Assembly: GCA_020891255.1 (NCBI GenBank)
Contig: BQFW01000001.1
Span: 248,001-312,000 of the forward strand
Direction of reading: 5' to 3'
From: Entomortierella parvispora E1425
Lineage: Eukaryota > Fungi > Mortierellomycota
Length of the DNA: 64,000 bases
The position numbers and the translations under genes were made by a program. The notes beneath the pieces were generated by a model. That model searched no databases and was not told the DNA's origin. It saw only the letters and a list, made by a program, of their open reading frames with translations. Of the stretch, positions 39,086 to 49,789 are shown in pieces (within the stretch, counting starts at the first letter, position 1; each line of letters opens with the position of its first letter).

Positions 39086-40129
39086 ATGCCTGTGGACTTT
39101 GACAAGCAGGAATATTGGTCGGAGCGGTTTACGCATGAGCAGACATTTGAATGGCTAATGCCCTGGTCTGTCCTCAAGCCATGGATGCATCAGCTCCATC
39201 TCTTGCCCAAGCCATGTCATTCCATCGCTGCAGCTGCCTCTTATCCAGACACAACAAGGTCGACCCAGGATGAGCCAGTGTCAACATCTACAACAACACA
39301 ATCGACAGATACCTCGGCCCCCTTCCAGATCTTAAACTTGGGATGCGGCAACTCGGATCTTCCTTTGGATCTCTACAGAGCAGGGTATCCCAACGTCCTG
39401 AGTGTCGACTTTGTGGGCTCTGTTGTTGAGCGTTTGAAGAATCGCTGTGAGCAAGCCATCGGTTGGACCAACAGTGAGTGCACTGGCAGAAGTGGATTAC
39501 AAGAGAATATACCCGAGCCTGGCCCATGCGCCTCATCACCATCATCTGCTACAACAAATGCGCTAGCGGCGGACACAACCACAACGACAGAGATGGCACA
39601 TTCCGGCAAAGCCAATAACAACAACAACAACAACAACAGTTGTCCACTTCGATTTCAGGAGATGGATTGCCTCGACATGTCCTCTCTTCCTTCGAACCAT
39701 TTTCATTTATGCATCGACAAATCAACCTCGGACGCCATCTCGTGCGGGGACGATGACCAGTATACAAAACTGAGGACGCTCTGCGAACAAGTCGCAAGGG
39801 TGATCAAGCAACCTGGTGGCGTCTGGTGTGTAGTATCCTATTCAAGGTTCCGTCAATACGAGTGGGATCAAGGTTTAGGCATGGGCCTCTGGAAGACTGA
39901 AGGAATACACGAAATCAAAGTTGAGGCGAGACCACCGCCCCCTCCAACAACACTGCCAACGCCTTCCGACGCTTCGTCCGAGTTGCCGGTCTCGTCCACC
40001 CCTTCAAAGCATGGCAGAAGAGGAAGAAAGGAGGCACAACAGCAAAAGCATCAACTTCAACAGCAACAACAACACACAGTCCATGTGCCAGACGTGTTCC
40101 AATACCTGTATGTGAACAGACGGTTATGA
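39086..40129 (+). CDS. Class I SAM-dependent methyltransferase, EEF1AKMT4/METTL13-N-like
   Basis: DKQEYWSERF...FEWL; motif I ILNLGCGNS; VDF; MDCLDM; IDKSTSDAISC; with low-complexity insertions. Confidence 0.85.
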   Translation: MPVDFDKQEYWSERFTHEQTFEWLMPWSVLKPWMHQLHLLPKPCHSIAAAASYPDTTRSTQDEPVSTSTTTQSTDTSAPFQILNLGCGNSDLPLDLYRAGYPNVLSVDFVGSVVERLKNRCEQAIGWTNSECTGRSGLQENIPEPGPCASSPSSATTNALAADTTTTTEMAHSGKANNNNNNNNSCPLRFQEMDCLDMSSLPSNHFHLCIDKSTSDAISCGDDDQYTKLRTLCEQVARVIKQPGGVWCVVSYSRFRQYEWDQGLGMGLWKTEGIHEIKVEARPPPPPTTLPTPSDASSELPVSSTPSKHGRRGRKEAQQQKHQLQQQQQHTVHVPDVFQYLYVNRRL

Positions 40130-40244
40130 GAGGGGCTGGCTCACCTCTCTATCCCTCTCGCTCTGGGTCTCCCACTCCTTGATCAGATCATCAAATAGGG
40201 GACAGGAAGAAGCAAAGGTCTGTCCTTCTCTGTGCTTCTTGTTT

Positions 40245-40597
40245 TGACAGCTGAAATAAAGTTTCCGAAATGGACTCGGCCCTGCAACGCGTCAATGTGT
40301 CAAATGTGTCAATGTGGTTCTTGTGAGTGGATCTTTCCTTTGAGGGATGATTATCCCTGTTATTCGGATTTGGACAGACCGTAGTAGAGTGATCACCCAC
40401 CTCTCTGACCACGACAGGATCCTCTCCCGTTGACACCTACACCAGAATAATCAATGAGTTCTCGGATTGAGCAGATTAGAAAAAATGACATGGGTGACAT
40501 TTGGGAATGAGGCCGCATTTGTGCATTTGGCTTACATTGTGTCATTCATGACAGGGACCCTGGACAAAGATGGGGGTCAGTCAAAGGCATATTAAAA
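40245..40597 (+). promoter_or_regulatory. Putative promoter of the Cys-rich gene: eight TGACA/TGTCA motifs and a TATA-like TATTAAAA
   Basis: Motifs at 40245, 40298, 40307, 40431, 40486, 40495, 40540 and 40549; TATTAAAA at 40590-40597, followed by a pyrimidine tract. Confidence 0.45.
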
Positions 40598-40760
40598 TGG
40601 GGCACTGTCCGCCCTTTTTTTTTTGTCTTTCCTCCTCTGTCATCCCTATTTTCTCTGCCACCGCTCTTTTTCTCCCACACTCACACTTTTTTTCTTTTCG
40701 AACATCTCATTTTCACCCACACCCTTCCCCTCTGAACTACCGAACCTTCAAGACCTCACA

Positions 40761-42432
40761 ATGAACCCTTGCGGAAACAGCGCCTGCACCTGCGGTGCCA
40801 ACTGCGGTAAGAACTCATTCTACAACACGCCTCATTACTTTGGGGAGCACTGGTCGCCTTCCGTTTGTGTGAGCGCTCGATCGGCAGCTCTCGAACTACC
40901 TCACCCTCTCATGCTTTGATCACACAAAAGACATGAACACAGGCCATGGCCAAGGTCGTGCCAAATTGCTCTCTGTGATTTTTACCAATCCTCGGTCTGC
41001 CTTTTGCCAGCAATTTTTTTTTCCTTGTCCGTTGCGGTCGCGTCATCTCGCGCCATCCATCCCTCTCGAGACCTAGAAAATCAACCCTGACGTTCTCTTT
41101 TTTTTTAAAAAAAAAAAAAAACTCCTTCGTCATTCTTTGACACCATAGGTTGCGGATCCAAGTGTCAATGCGGCAAAGGTGAAGCCGCTGCGTCTTCTTC
41201 CTCATCGTCATCTGCTCCCTGCCACTGTAGATCCGGCTCTCAGTGCACCTGTGGTGGTCACTGCGACTGCGCCAAGCGCCAGAAGCAAGGCTGCGGTTGT
41301 GCCAAGGGGGCTTGCCCCTGCGAGAAGTCTGGAGGAGATTGCAAGTGTGACAGCAACTGTCAGTGTGCCAAGGGAGGCCATGGAGGCTGTGGATGTGCCA
41401 AGGGTGCCTGCCCCTGTGAAGGATCGTCTGGAGGTGCGTGCAAGTGCGACAGCCATTGCAAGTGTGCCGGCAAGGGACACGGGTGTGGATGTGCCAAGGG
41501 TCATTGCCCATGCGAGGGATCTTCCGGTGGCGACTGCAAGTGCGATTCACATTGCAAGTGTGCCAAGGGTGACTGTGGATGTGCCAAAGGTGCCTGCCCT
41601 TGTGAAGGAAAGTCTGGAGGAGACTGCAAGTGCGACTCGCATTGCAAGTGCGCTAAGGGTGGCTGCGGATGTGCCAAGGGTGCCTGCCCTTGCGATGCTG
41701 GAAAGGACTGCAAGTGTGATTCACACTGCAAGTGTGCCAAGGGTGGCTGTGGATGTGCCAAAGGTGCCTGCCCATGTGAGGGCAAGTCTGGAGGAGATTG
41801 CAAGTGTGATAGCCACTGCAAGTGTGCCGGTAACGAACATGGTTGTGGATGTGCCAAAGGTGCCTGCCCTTGTGAGGGAAAGTCTGGAGGTGACTGCAAG
41901 TGCGACTCGCATTGCAAGTGCGCCAAGGGTGGCTGCGGCTGTGCCAAGGGTCACTGTCCTTGCGAGGCCTCATCTTCCTCTGCTGGAGGAAGCAGCAGCT
42001 CTGCCGAATGCAAGTGCGACTCCCACTGCAAGTGTGCAAAGGGTGCCCACGGTTGCGGCTGCGCCAAGGGCCAGTGCCCTTGTGAAGGCTCCTCTGGAGG
42101 GGAGTGCAAGTGCGAGTCGCACTGCAAGTGTGCTGGCAAGGGTCATGGATGCGGCTGCGCCAAGGGCCACTGTCCTTGCGAAGGATCTGCTGGTGGCGAT
42201 TGCAAATGCGACTCGCATTGCAAGTGCGCCAAGAAGAGCGGATGCGGATGTGCCAAAGGTGCCTGTCCCTGTGAGGGCAAGTCTGGGTAAGTCTAGAGAG
42301 GGGATACCTTCGTTCATTTGTTGACATTGCAAAACGCGTAAAAATGTCGCCACCCACTGACGCGTCCCTCTCCAAAAATATCGCGATAGTCACGAATGCA
42401 AGTGTGGAGGTGATTGCAAGTGCGCCAAGTAG
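40761..42432 (+). CDS. Very long modular metallothionein-like protein (408 aa, 101 Cys, 11 eight-Cys repeats)
   Basis: Exons 40761-40806, 41149-42286 and 42390-42432 with GTAAG donors and TAG acceptors total 1227 nt in frame. Translation: MNPCGNSACTCGANCGCGSKCQC..., then repeats of CGCAKGACPCEGKSGGDCKCDSHCKCAKGG, ending CKCGGDCKCAK*. No aromatic residues, Leu, Ile, Val or internal Met. Confidence 0.93.
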
Positions 42433-42897
42433 GACATGCTTGTCGTAGCATGGACGGCGACTCGTTGATGCTCTTTCTGTTTTCCAATACGACGGATGAT
42501 GAACATGCCAATGTTTTTTTTCTCTTTTTTTATTCTTTCTCTTTTCCGTATCCAACTTTCCTCCCGGTACAACAACTGTTGTTGTTTCCGTGGCTTTCCC
42601 GATCCTTCAGCGCGAACTGATCGGGCTTCTCATCGACCACGAAGACAGAGTGCTCTTCCACGATGAACTTTTTTGTTTCTTTCTTCAATAAACCAAATCA
42701 ATCGTCCATGTTTTCGTCATCCTGCCACACTTTTTGCCATCTTGGAAATCTGATCAGCAGCTGCTCTGTCGTTGTCTTGCATGAACCCGCCTTCTGCCAT
42801 CTGGCCAACTTTCCTCTTCTGCTTTCATCCACTCACCCACACCTCGCAAGCTCTTCCCCTTGAACATCTCTTTATTTGCCCACAAGTCAATCAACGG

Positions 42898-44820
42898 ATG
42901 ACAAAGCCAACAGATATCCCCCGCCCTCTTGCAAACACGCACACGAACAGAGTTCCTCGTCCATCGATCTATCCGGCTGCAAGAGTCACTGACATCGAGG
43001 ATGAGGACGAGTTCATCGAACTGACTGGGGGTTCGCCTGATGTCAGCAACAGGCGAACATCCATCCCGGTGGACAGAGAACGCAAGCAAGAAACCCGTGA
43101 GCTCCTCGCTGAAAACTTTCCGTATCACCTTCGCCAGACGATCGCCAATCCCACTCATGCGAGCTTTGATCAAGTCAGAAAGGTCCAACACGACAAGCAA
43201 AGAATCAAGGAACTCATCCGTCGCGTTGGTTTGAGAGACGACTCGGTTTTTTTGAATAAGATCGGAGCCAGCGATGGTCAGAAAAGCAACGCGCCAGAAG
43301 CCATCGAGGAGTCTGCTGGTACGAAGGAAAGAAGTATTTTCACCAAAGAGTCCTCTCAAGAGAAACACTTTGCTGCAGACTTGCCAAAACGTCTTTCACA
43401 AAGCGTCCTGAAGATGGTGGCAGACTATCTCTATCCTTCCCAATTGAGCAAGTTGGCAGCCCTGAGCAAGGAATGGCGCATTAAAATCCATGGCCTTCCT
43501 GTATGGAGGGAGCTTTGCGAAGAGGCTGGCCTGGTCCTCACGTCCGATCAGATCAAAGACCGTGGCTACAAGCAGCCAGATTACTTTCGGATTGCCCTCG
43601 AGAGCTCAAACGTGATCTGTGAGCAGTGCTTCCGCCTCACTCGTTCTTCAGGAGCTTTCAGGGCCTTGCCTGTTACTATTGCCGAAAGTCCAGTGCCCAC
43701 CAAAGTCCTCATGTGTCGCGATTGCCGAGTCGAATACTATCTGGATCTTCCTGAGCCAGTCCCGGATACTGTGGCCCCTTATACGAAAGGAGGGATTGCA
43801 GTGACACCTCGTATGACCAAGGGAGAAGCCATGAAGGCCTATTTGTTGACGGGCTCGGATGTCATGTCGTTGCCTTACGAAATGGGTCGAAACCCCTACT
43901 TCAGCAGACAGGCGCCTATGTACCTCTTTGAGGAGCAGCACATCCTGCGCCTCGCCCGTCAAGTCCACGGCGGCGACATTGGTATCGCGGCGGCCCACTC
44001 AAGCTTGGAGACTGTAGGTCGCAAAGCTCCCGATCCTCAAAGAGATGTGATCCGACATCGTCGAAACCTATTGCGTTCCCTCTTGCACGACAAAGGCCTG
44101 CACTTGCCAGAGCATGCGGCTATCTGCCACATCTACACCGAACATGGTGTCGGAGACCCGGTGAAAATTGTGGAGGAGCTGCAGGCTGTGGATTGGTTCC
44201 ACCGCTTTACCAACTATGACCCTTCACTCGACAAGGCTCATCTCAACCAGGTCAAGTGCCGACCGCACATCTCTCACAATCGAGTGGCAGAGTCCGAGGC
44301 TTTGGACAAGTCATCCCAGGACGAGATTATGACCGAGAAAGAGGAAGAAGAGGACGACCACCACAAGATGGCTGCTGTTGACGGCTGGCTCCAAGATCGA
44401 CTTGATCAGGGTCTCTATGACTCGTACAAGCGGGATCCTGATGGACCCGAGAAGCCGCCAAAGTCGATCTGGCCTTTGTTGGACCAGATCGACATGGGTC
44501 ACAAATTGCTTTTGTTCGCGGCCAAACGCGTGTTTTGTTCGATACTCAAGTGCGTGAGGCAAAAAGGAGAACTGGACAGTGTAAAGCTCAGCAAAAATGA
44601 GATTCGGGCCATGGTGGACACCCCAGACCAAGTCTCTGGAGTCTTCTCGACCTCCAACACGCGGAAGAGAAAAAGAAGCGTTGAGGAGGGCATGGGCAGA
44701 GACTCGTCCAAGGACCCTGCACCTCGACTGTCGGCCTTGCTGGAGCATGAGCTTGGTACGAACTGGGACCTAAAGGTCCTGGACAAGGCCATGACCATGA
44801 TCACAGCCTGTCTGTCGTAA
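42898..44820 (+). CDS. F-box protein with a CxxC/CxxC zinc site and an XPA C-terminal-like domain
   Basis: F-box LPKRLSQSVLKMVADYLYPSQLSKLAALSKEWR; CEQC...CRDC; MTKGEAMKAYLLTGSDV...NPY...MYLF recalls the XPA DNA-binding motif. Confidence 0.75.
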   Translation: MTKPTDIPRPLANTHTNRVPRPSIYPAARVTDIEDEDEFIELTGGSPDVSNRRTSIPVDRERKQETRELLAENFPYHLRQTIANPTHASFDQVRKVQHDKQRIKELIRRVGLRDDSVFLNKIGASDGQKSNAPEAIEESAGTKERSIFTKESSQEKHFAADLPKRLSQSVLKMVADYLYPSQLSKLAALSKEWRIKIHGLPVWRELCEEAGLVLTSDQIKDRGYKQPDYFRIALESSNVICEQCFRLTRSSGAFRALPVTIAESPVPTKVLMCRDCRVEYYLDLPEPVPDTVAPYTKGGIAVTPRMTKGEAMKAYLLTGSDVMSLPYEMGRNPYFSRQAPMYLFEEQHILRLARQVHGGDIGIAAAHSSLETVGRKAPDPQRDVIRHRRNLLRSLLHDKGLHLPEHAAICHIYTEHGVGDPVKIVEELQAVDWFHRFTNYDPSLDKAHLNQVKCRPHISHNRVAESEALDKSSQDEIMTEKEEEEDDHHKMAAVDGWLQDRLDQGLYDSYKRDPDGPEKPPKSIWPLLDQIDMGHKLLLFAAKRVFCSILKCVRQKGELDSVKLSKNEIRAMVDTPDQVSGVFSTSNTRKRKRSVEEGMGRDSSKDPAPRLSALLEHELGTNWDLKVLDKAMTMITACLS

Positions 44821-45320
44821 GTAGCGTTCTCCATGGAGTAGCCATTTATCCGTGGCAATTTGACCTTTGCGAATTTTTGGACCCAATAAATTCCTTCGGA
44901 AATCGTGGATGCACTGCCGCAGCAACAGCCACCCGTTTCGGTCCATCCCCTGCTTCTGCTGAGGACAAAATCGGGATCGAGATTTCAGCATGCAGCATTC
45001 CGATCTCGCTCATTGACGCGCATTGCCCCCAATGGGCATTCTCCTCCTCCCGACCCTAGGATTCCAACCGTTTGCCCCTTCCTTGGAGTGGCAGTGCGAC
45101 CGCCATTCAGGCAACACAACACATGCATGCCAAGCTGGGTTGCATGTCCGACTGCTTGCTCTCGTTTTTCTGCGCCAACAACAACAAAAAGGGCTCTCTC
45201 CGTCTTCCTTTTTTCGCCCACTGAACCCTTTCACAGCCAACGTCGCTTTCTTTTCCTCTTTCTCTTCTCTTTCCTTTCGCACATAAACAGACCTGACTAT
45301 CCAGGCATCGAAGGACAGCG

Positions 45321-47063
45321 ATGAGTCTTCTTCCGTCCTCGTTCCTCGAGAGGTCGGTGGCGAACCTTCAGAGGACAACCATGTACCAACTCCTGCGGAA
45401 AGAATCCCGCAAACCCCCTTTGCAAATTGCCGAGGACAATTGGCCCCGAATGGCCTTTGGTCTACTTTCCGTGGTCTCTCTGAACAGCTGGCGGACAGAC
45501 ATCTTTACGCCGGTCTCTACCTATATCAAGAAAACATTTACAATTCTGAGTACGTTCGGAAAGGCGGCAGAGTGATCCTCCTGCACAGACTGAGCTAACC
45601 GTGCTCTTCTTACTCCCATAGCTGACCACATCCATCCAGACGAGGAGATCTATCCGTATGTTAGGCCCATTACAGTATTGGCAATAATGTTCGTTAGCGG
45701 GGCAGCAATCACTTTTTTCGAGCGGTTTTCGAACCTGATCCTTGCTGTTCGCCCCAGCGACAGGAACGATCACGAAGGCGCCTCGCCTGTCCATCAACGT
45801 ACCGACAAGGAGAGTGCGATGTTGGAGACGAGGGAGACATCCTCTGCGACATGGTCCTTCTGGCGACCATCAACCTTGACCCATGCCGAGTGGATGTACA
45901 AGTACAGTCTGTTCAGCATCATATCTCTGTCAACCTATACCTTTATGGTTAGAAACCGAGTACATTTGCCTAATCTCTGGCCATGGATCTGGAACAACCC
46001 GTATTGGATCGACTTTCTTCGTGGCATCTTTATTTCACTGGAGGAAGAACGCGCCCACCTAACTGTATGGCAGTCTCTGTACGCTGTTATCGTGCGGGTT
46101 TTGATGACGCCTATTCTCTCTCGACTGGCCCTGCGAGTCTTTATCATGGATCTGAAGGAGGAACCGAGGACGTGGTGGGGTGGCAAGAAGGATCCCAAGG
46201 ACTGGACTGTCACGGATAGAGCGATGTCTGCACTGGAGAGAAATTTGAGAACGATGGCAGATCATGCTCGGAGAGGCTGGAAAGTTGCTGGACCTTGGTT
46301 GGCTAGAAACTGGCCAAAGTTGGCTTTGTTCGGCTTATCAATCCGCTGGTGCATGCTCTCTGAGGACATGTGGAAAATAGCCACACTATGGATTTCAGAC
46401 GTTTGGTCTTATCACCGTAAGTTCAAAGCTAGTTGGTGTTTTACGAATCGAATCCCTTTTTCTGACCGGCTTGCCTTCCTCTCGTTCAATCTCTATCTAG
46501 TCCAATTTAAGGATCCTAGAGATCGCCAGGCGATTGTCTATCCTAGCTTTGGAGTTCTCGCTGCAATTCTTCTGCCGCTTCTTTGGCTTTCAGCAGAAAC
46601 CTTTTCCAACGTTATCCTGTCTGTGCGCGTACCTTTCCGCCATCAACTTTCAAAGGAAAGGAAAGAGGATGAGGCACCTCTGACTGGGACGACCGATACT
46701 CCAAAGAACAGGGGACTGATTCGGCATGCAAAGATTATGTACATGTACACAATTGCTTCCAATGCCTCCATGTTTGCATGGATCGAACTGGATGTCTATG
46801 GACGACTTCTTGCGTGGATTAGGAGAACTACCGAAGGCCCATTCCTGAAGGCGGTCTTGGACGCTGCGATAAGCGATCGAAGCTCGCGTCATCGGGCTGT
46901 TGACTTGATCTTGTCTAGGGTGAGTTGGTGGACATATATCAAGTACCACATGCGCGGACAGTTTGGCATGGCGATCATGGTAGTTTGGACACTAAGGACA
47001 TTGCTCAAGGATCTGAGAGGCGAGCCACGGACCTGGTGGGGAGGCGACCAGAAATCGAAATAA
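45321..47063 (+). CDS. Uncharacterised multi-pass membrane protein made of two internal repeat units
   Basis: Exons 45321-45549 and 45622-47063; hydrophobic segments; two units each beginning NWP[RK] and ending EPRTWWGG. Confidence 0.75.
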
Positions 47064-47377
47064 AGAGCTCCGAAAAATTTCCTTTTTGCGCCAATGGTTC
47101 CCTTTTCTGTGTGCAACGAGCATAGCCTCCACGGGAAAAAACGCGCCTTCGGGAAGAAATAGAGTCATTCCCCCAGGAATGGTCATTCATTGCTGTTGAT
47201 TCGACTTTCCAGAAGAGGGTTACCCAGCGTGGTGCTCTATCACTCTGCCCTGTTGATGTTACATATAAAGACCTTTGTTTCCGACCTCTATTTCTCATCA
47301 TTCAACACCGTTTCCTCTCATCCACAACCTATTTCAACATAAACACTTGCCACACCACGCACAGGTCAAGGAAGACT

Positions 47378-48322
47378 ATGAACTCTCTTCCATCTACTTT
47401 TCTTCGGCAGTCCTTGGCTGATCTGCAGCGGGCAACCATGTATCAGCTCGTCCGAAAGGAGTGCCAGAAACCACCTCAACGGATTGTCCGGGACAATTGG
47501 CCTCGACTGACGATCGGTCTCTGGTGCGCATATAACTTTTACGCCTGTAAAGATCTCTTTGTCCTCACGGCCGATTTTTTTCGTCACTCGTTTCCAACCC
47601 TTGGTAAGAATATAGAAAGAACAGTGAGGGGCTGAACAATAGATTTCCATTTTCACCCGAGGGCTGACAATTCTCGTTTGTCGTCTCCGTCTCTATCGCG
47701 TGTAGTCAGCTATGTTTCTCCACAAACAAGAGAATACCCATATCGAAAGGGTTGCTGCGTGTTTGCGGCTCTAATGGTCGTTACCAATGCCGTCGTGATC
47801 TTTGAATCGATATCTTTCATCGCTCTTTGTCTCCGTCCCAGCCACAACAACCACAGCAATGGCAACAACAACAGTGACCAAAGCATAAAGTCCGATGCAT
47901 CCATGCAAGAAGCCGGCTCAATAGCTGTGGTCAAGCCCATTCCTGCAATTGCAAGCACATCCGCACCTGCTTCTTCCCTCTGGTCAAAGATCCAGCTGCC
48001 TCCGTTCACTACCTTGAGACACGCAAAGTGGATGTATGGCTATAGTTTGATTAGTGTTGTTTGCACCCCTCTTCTCATTTCGGTCTTGCGGTATCACAAG
48101 TACTGGCCCAACTTGTGGCCTTGGATCTGGAACGACCCTTTCTGGATGGAGTTGGTGTCTGGCATCACCGCTTCCATGGATGCGGATATGTTGGTGGAGA
48201 CGAGTTGGCAAAAGCTCGACTTTACGCTCAGGCCCATTCTTGGAGTGATCATGACTGTCTGGGGTCTTCGTGTCTGGATCCGAAAGATGGAGGAGGGACA
48301 GGAAGACAAGGCCGACAAGTAA
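47378..48322 (+). CDS. Single-unit paralog of the upstream membrane protein
   Basis: Exons 47378-47603 and 47706-48322; N-terminus MNSLPSTFL...ATMYQLVRKE...DNWPRL and HAKWMY...WPNLWPWIWNDPFW match the upstream gene. Confidence 0.75.
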
Positions 48323-48639
48323 ACTGAGCTGAAAAAATAAACTGCCACGATCGAATCTTTTTTTCAGACGTGGATGGATGGAGGGGAAATTTGAGGTCCC
48401 TTTTTTTGACTTTGGTTTTGAGCCACACTCCGCCCTCTTTTTTCTTTCTCATTGACCTTGCAGGAACACGACAAGAACCCGATGTACTCCCATGGCACCT
48501 TTTCACCTTGACAAGAGATGCCACGATGGCATTCCGTACTTGCAACTCAACCAGCATGGAATCGGACTAGGCGGACTAGGCGATTCAGGACAATTAACTC
48601 TGAGCATGTCATGGAAGACAGCCATCTCGAGATTTTAGA

Positions 48640-49382
48640 TGGCGAGTGGACCCTGGACCTGGGAAGATGAAGATCACCTTCTTATCGACATCCCTGGATC
48701 GCTCGCAGTCAGGGCTCCGCTGAGCGAAGAGAAAAGAGGTTGTCATCACGTTCCCCCATGCCCACCTCCATCATGGAATGAGCTTTCGCCATTGGGGACA
48801 TCTTCGAATGGCTACATTAGATTAAGGATGTCCTCTGCTGCGTCTGTCGTTTAAGCACTGGTTGAGTGCAACAGCTTCTATTACATCACTGCATACTACT
48901 CCCTTGGACTCTGTTTTGCTCCGCCGTCATATTTGCCTGCCAGCTCAAGGATCCATGTTGTATGTCTATACTGGACCTGCGACTTTGCAGGAGGCGGGAT
49001 ATTCATGGGACCACCAGTCCTGGGGATCGAAGTCATGCTTTTGGTTATACAGCTGCATGAAACGCACAGGCGAGGATCGCGTTGATTGTGCTGGAACTCG
49101 GTGTCACCGAACTGTTCCAACTCATTGAAAGCAGCTCAAATCAAAGGGACCTATGCCCGCTCAGGCGCCAGCTGGAACATCTCCTTCTTCATCGATATCC
49201 TGCTTCGGAGAGAGAAAGCGAAGCGATTCCCTTGCCCGCTCTTCAACCATTTTCACGGGTACTGGATTGACTGGCTGGGACAGCCGGGCTTGAGGGAAGG
49301 CTCTACTGATTTGAGGTCTGTCCTCTATTTGGTCCCTGCCCATCATTCTCTTTTCAATATCATCGACCGACTTGAAAGATAG
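48640..49382 (+). pseudogene. Possible decayed C-terminal part of an F-box/RNI-LRR-type gene
   Basis: Fragments GPWTWEDEDHLLIDI and SWDHQSWGS in different frames. Weak, recalled similarity only. Confidence 0.3.
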
Positions 49383-49789
49383 ATGTATTAATGAAAATAA
49401 AACCGAGCGATAATTATGAACAAAATCTTTGTCTTGAGAACCTCCTCGAGATGGAGGGATGTGTCAGCATTGTGGATTAGGCTGGATCAAGGGATAGCGA
49501 CCAAGGGTGCTGTAATACCCTATTACCCCACTTCTTGTTCTCGGCCATCTTTTCTTCACAATCAATCGACCTTCTCTATTGCGAGGCGAAGATCCTCACT
49601 AATGCAGGTTCACAATAGCTCCCACTATATTTACAGGTTTCCAACACAGGACCAGTCCATGGATTCCGCAATGATAGCTTGCATCTACTTAAGCAGTGGT
49701 CGATCTGAACCGCATCCAGATTTGCCTGTTATCTTTTCTTCTATCTGCACAGCTCCTTATACACAGACTCCAATCCACAGGTCTCGAAA

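Noticed and set aside
38916-39086. Very short divergent spacer between aprataxin and the methyltransferase
   Set aside because: Compact bidirectional promoters are common in fungi, and the aprataxin start is tentative.
40130-40760. Classical Ace1, Mac1 or MTF-1 metal-response elements in the MT promoter
   Set aside because: No convincing consensus match by eye.
41179-42324. 381-aa Val/Ala/Pro-rich ORF, plus antisense ORFs 41208-41504, 41501-41947 and 41653-42555
   Set aside because: Shadow frames of the repetitive Cys-rich exon; only the Cys frame connects to the flanking exons through canonical splice sites.
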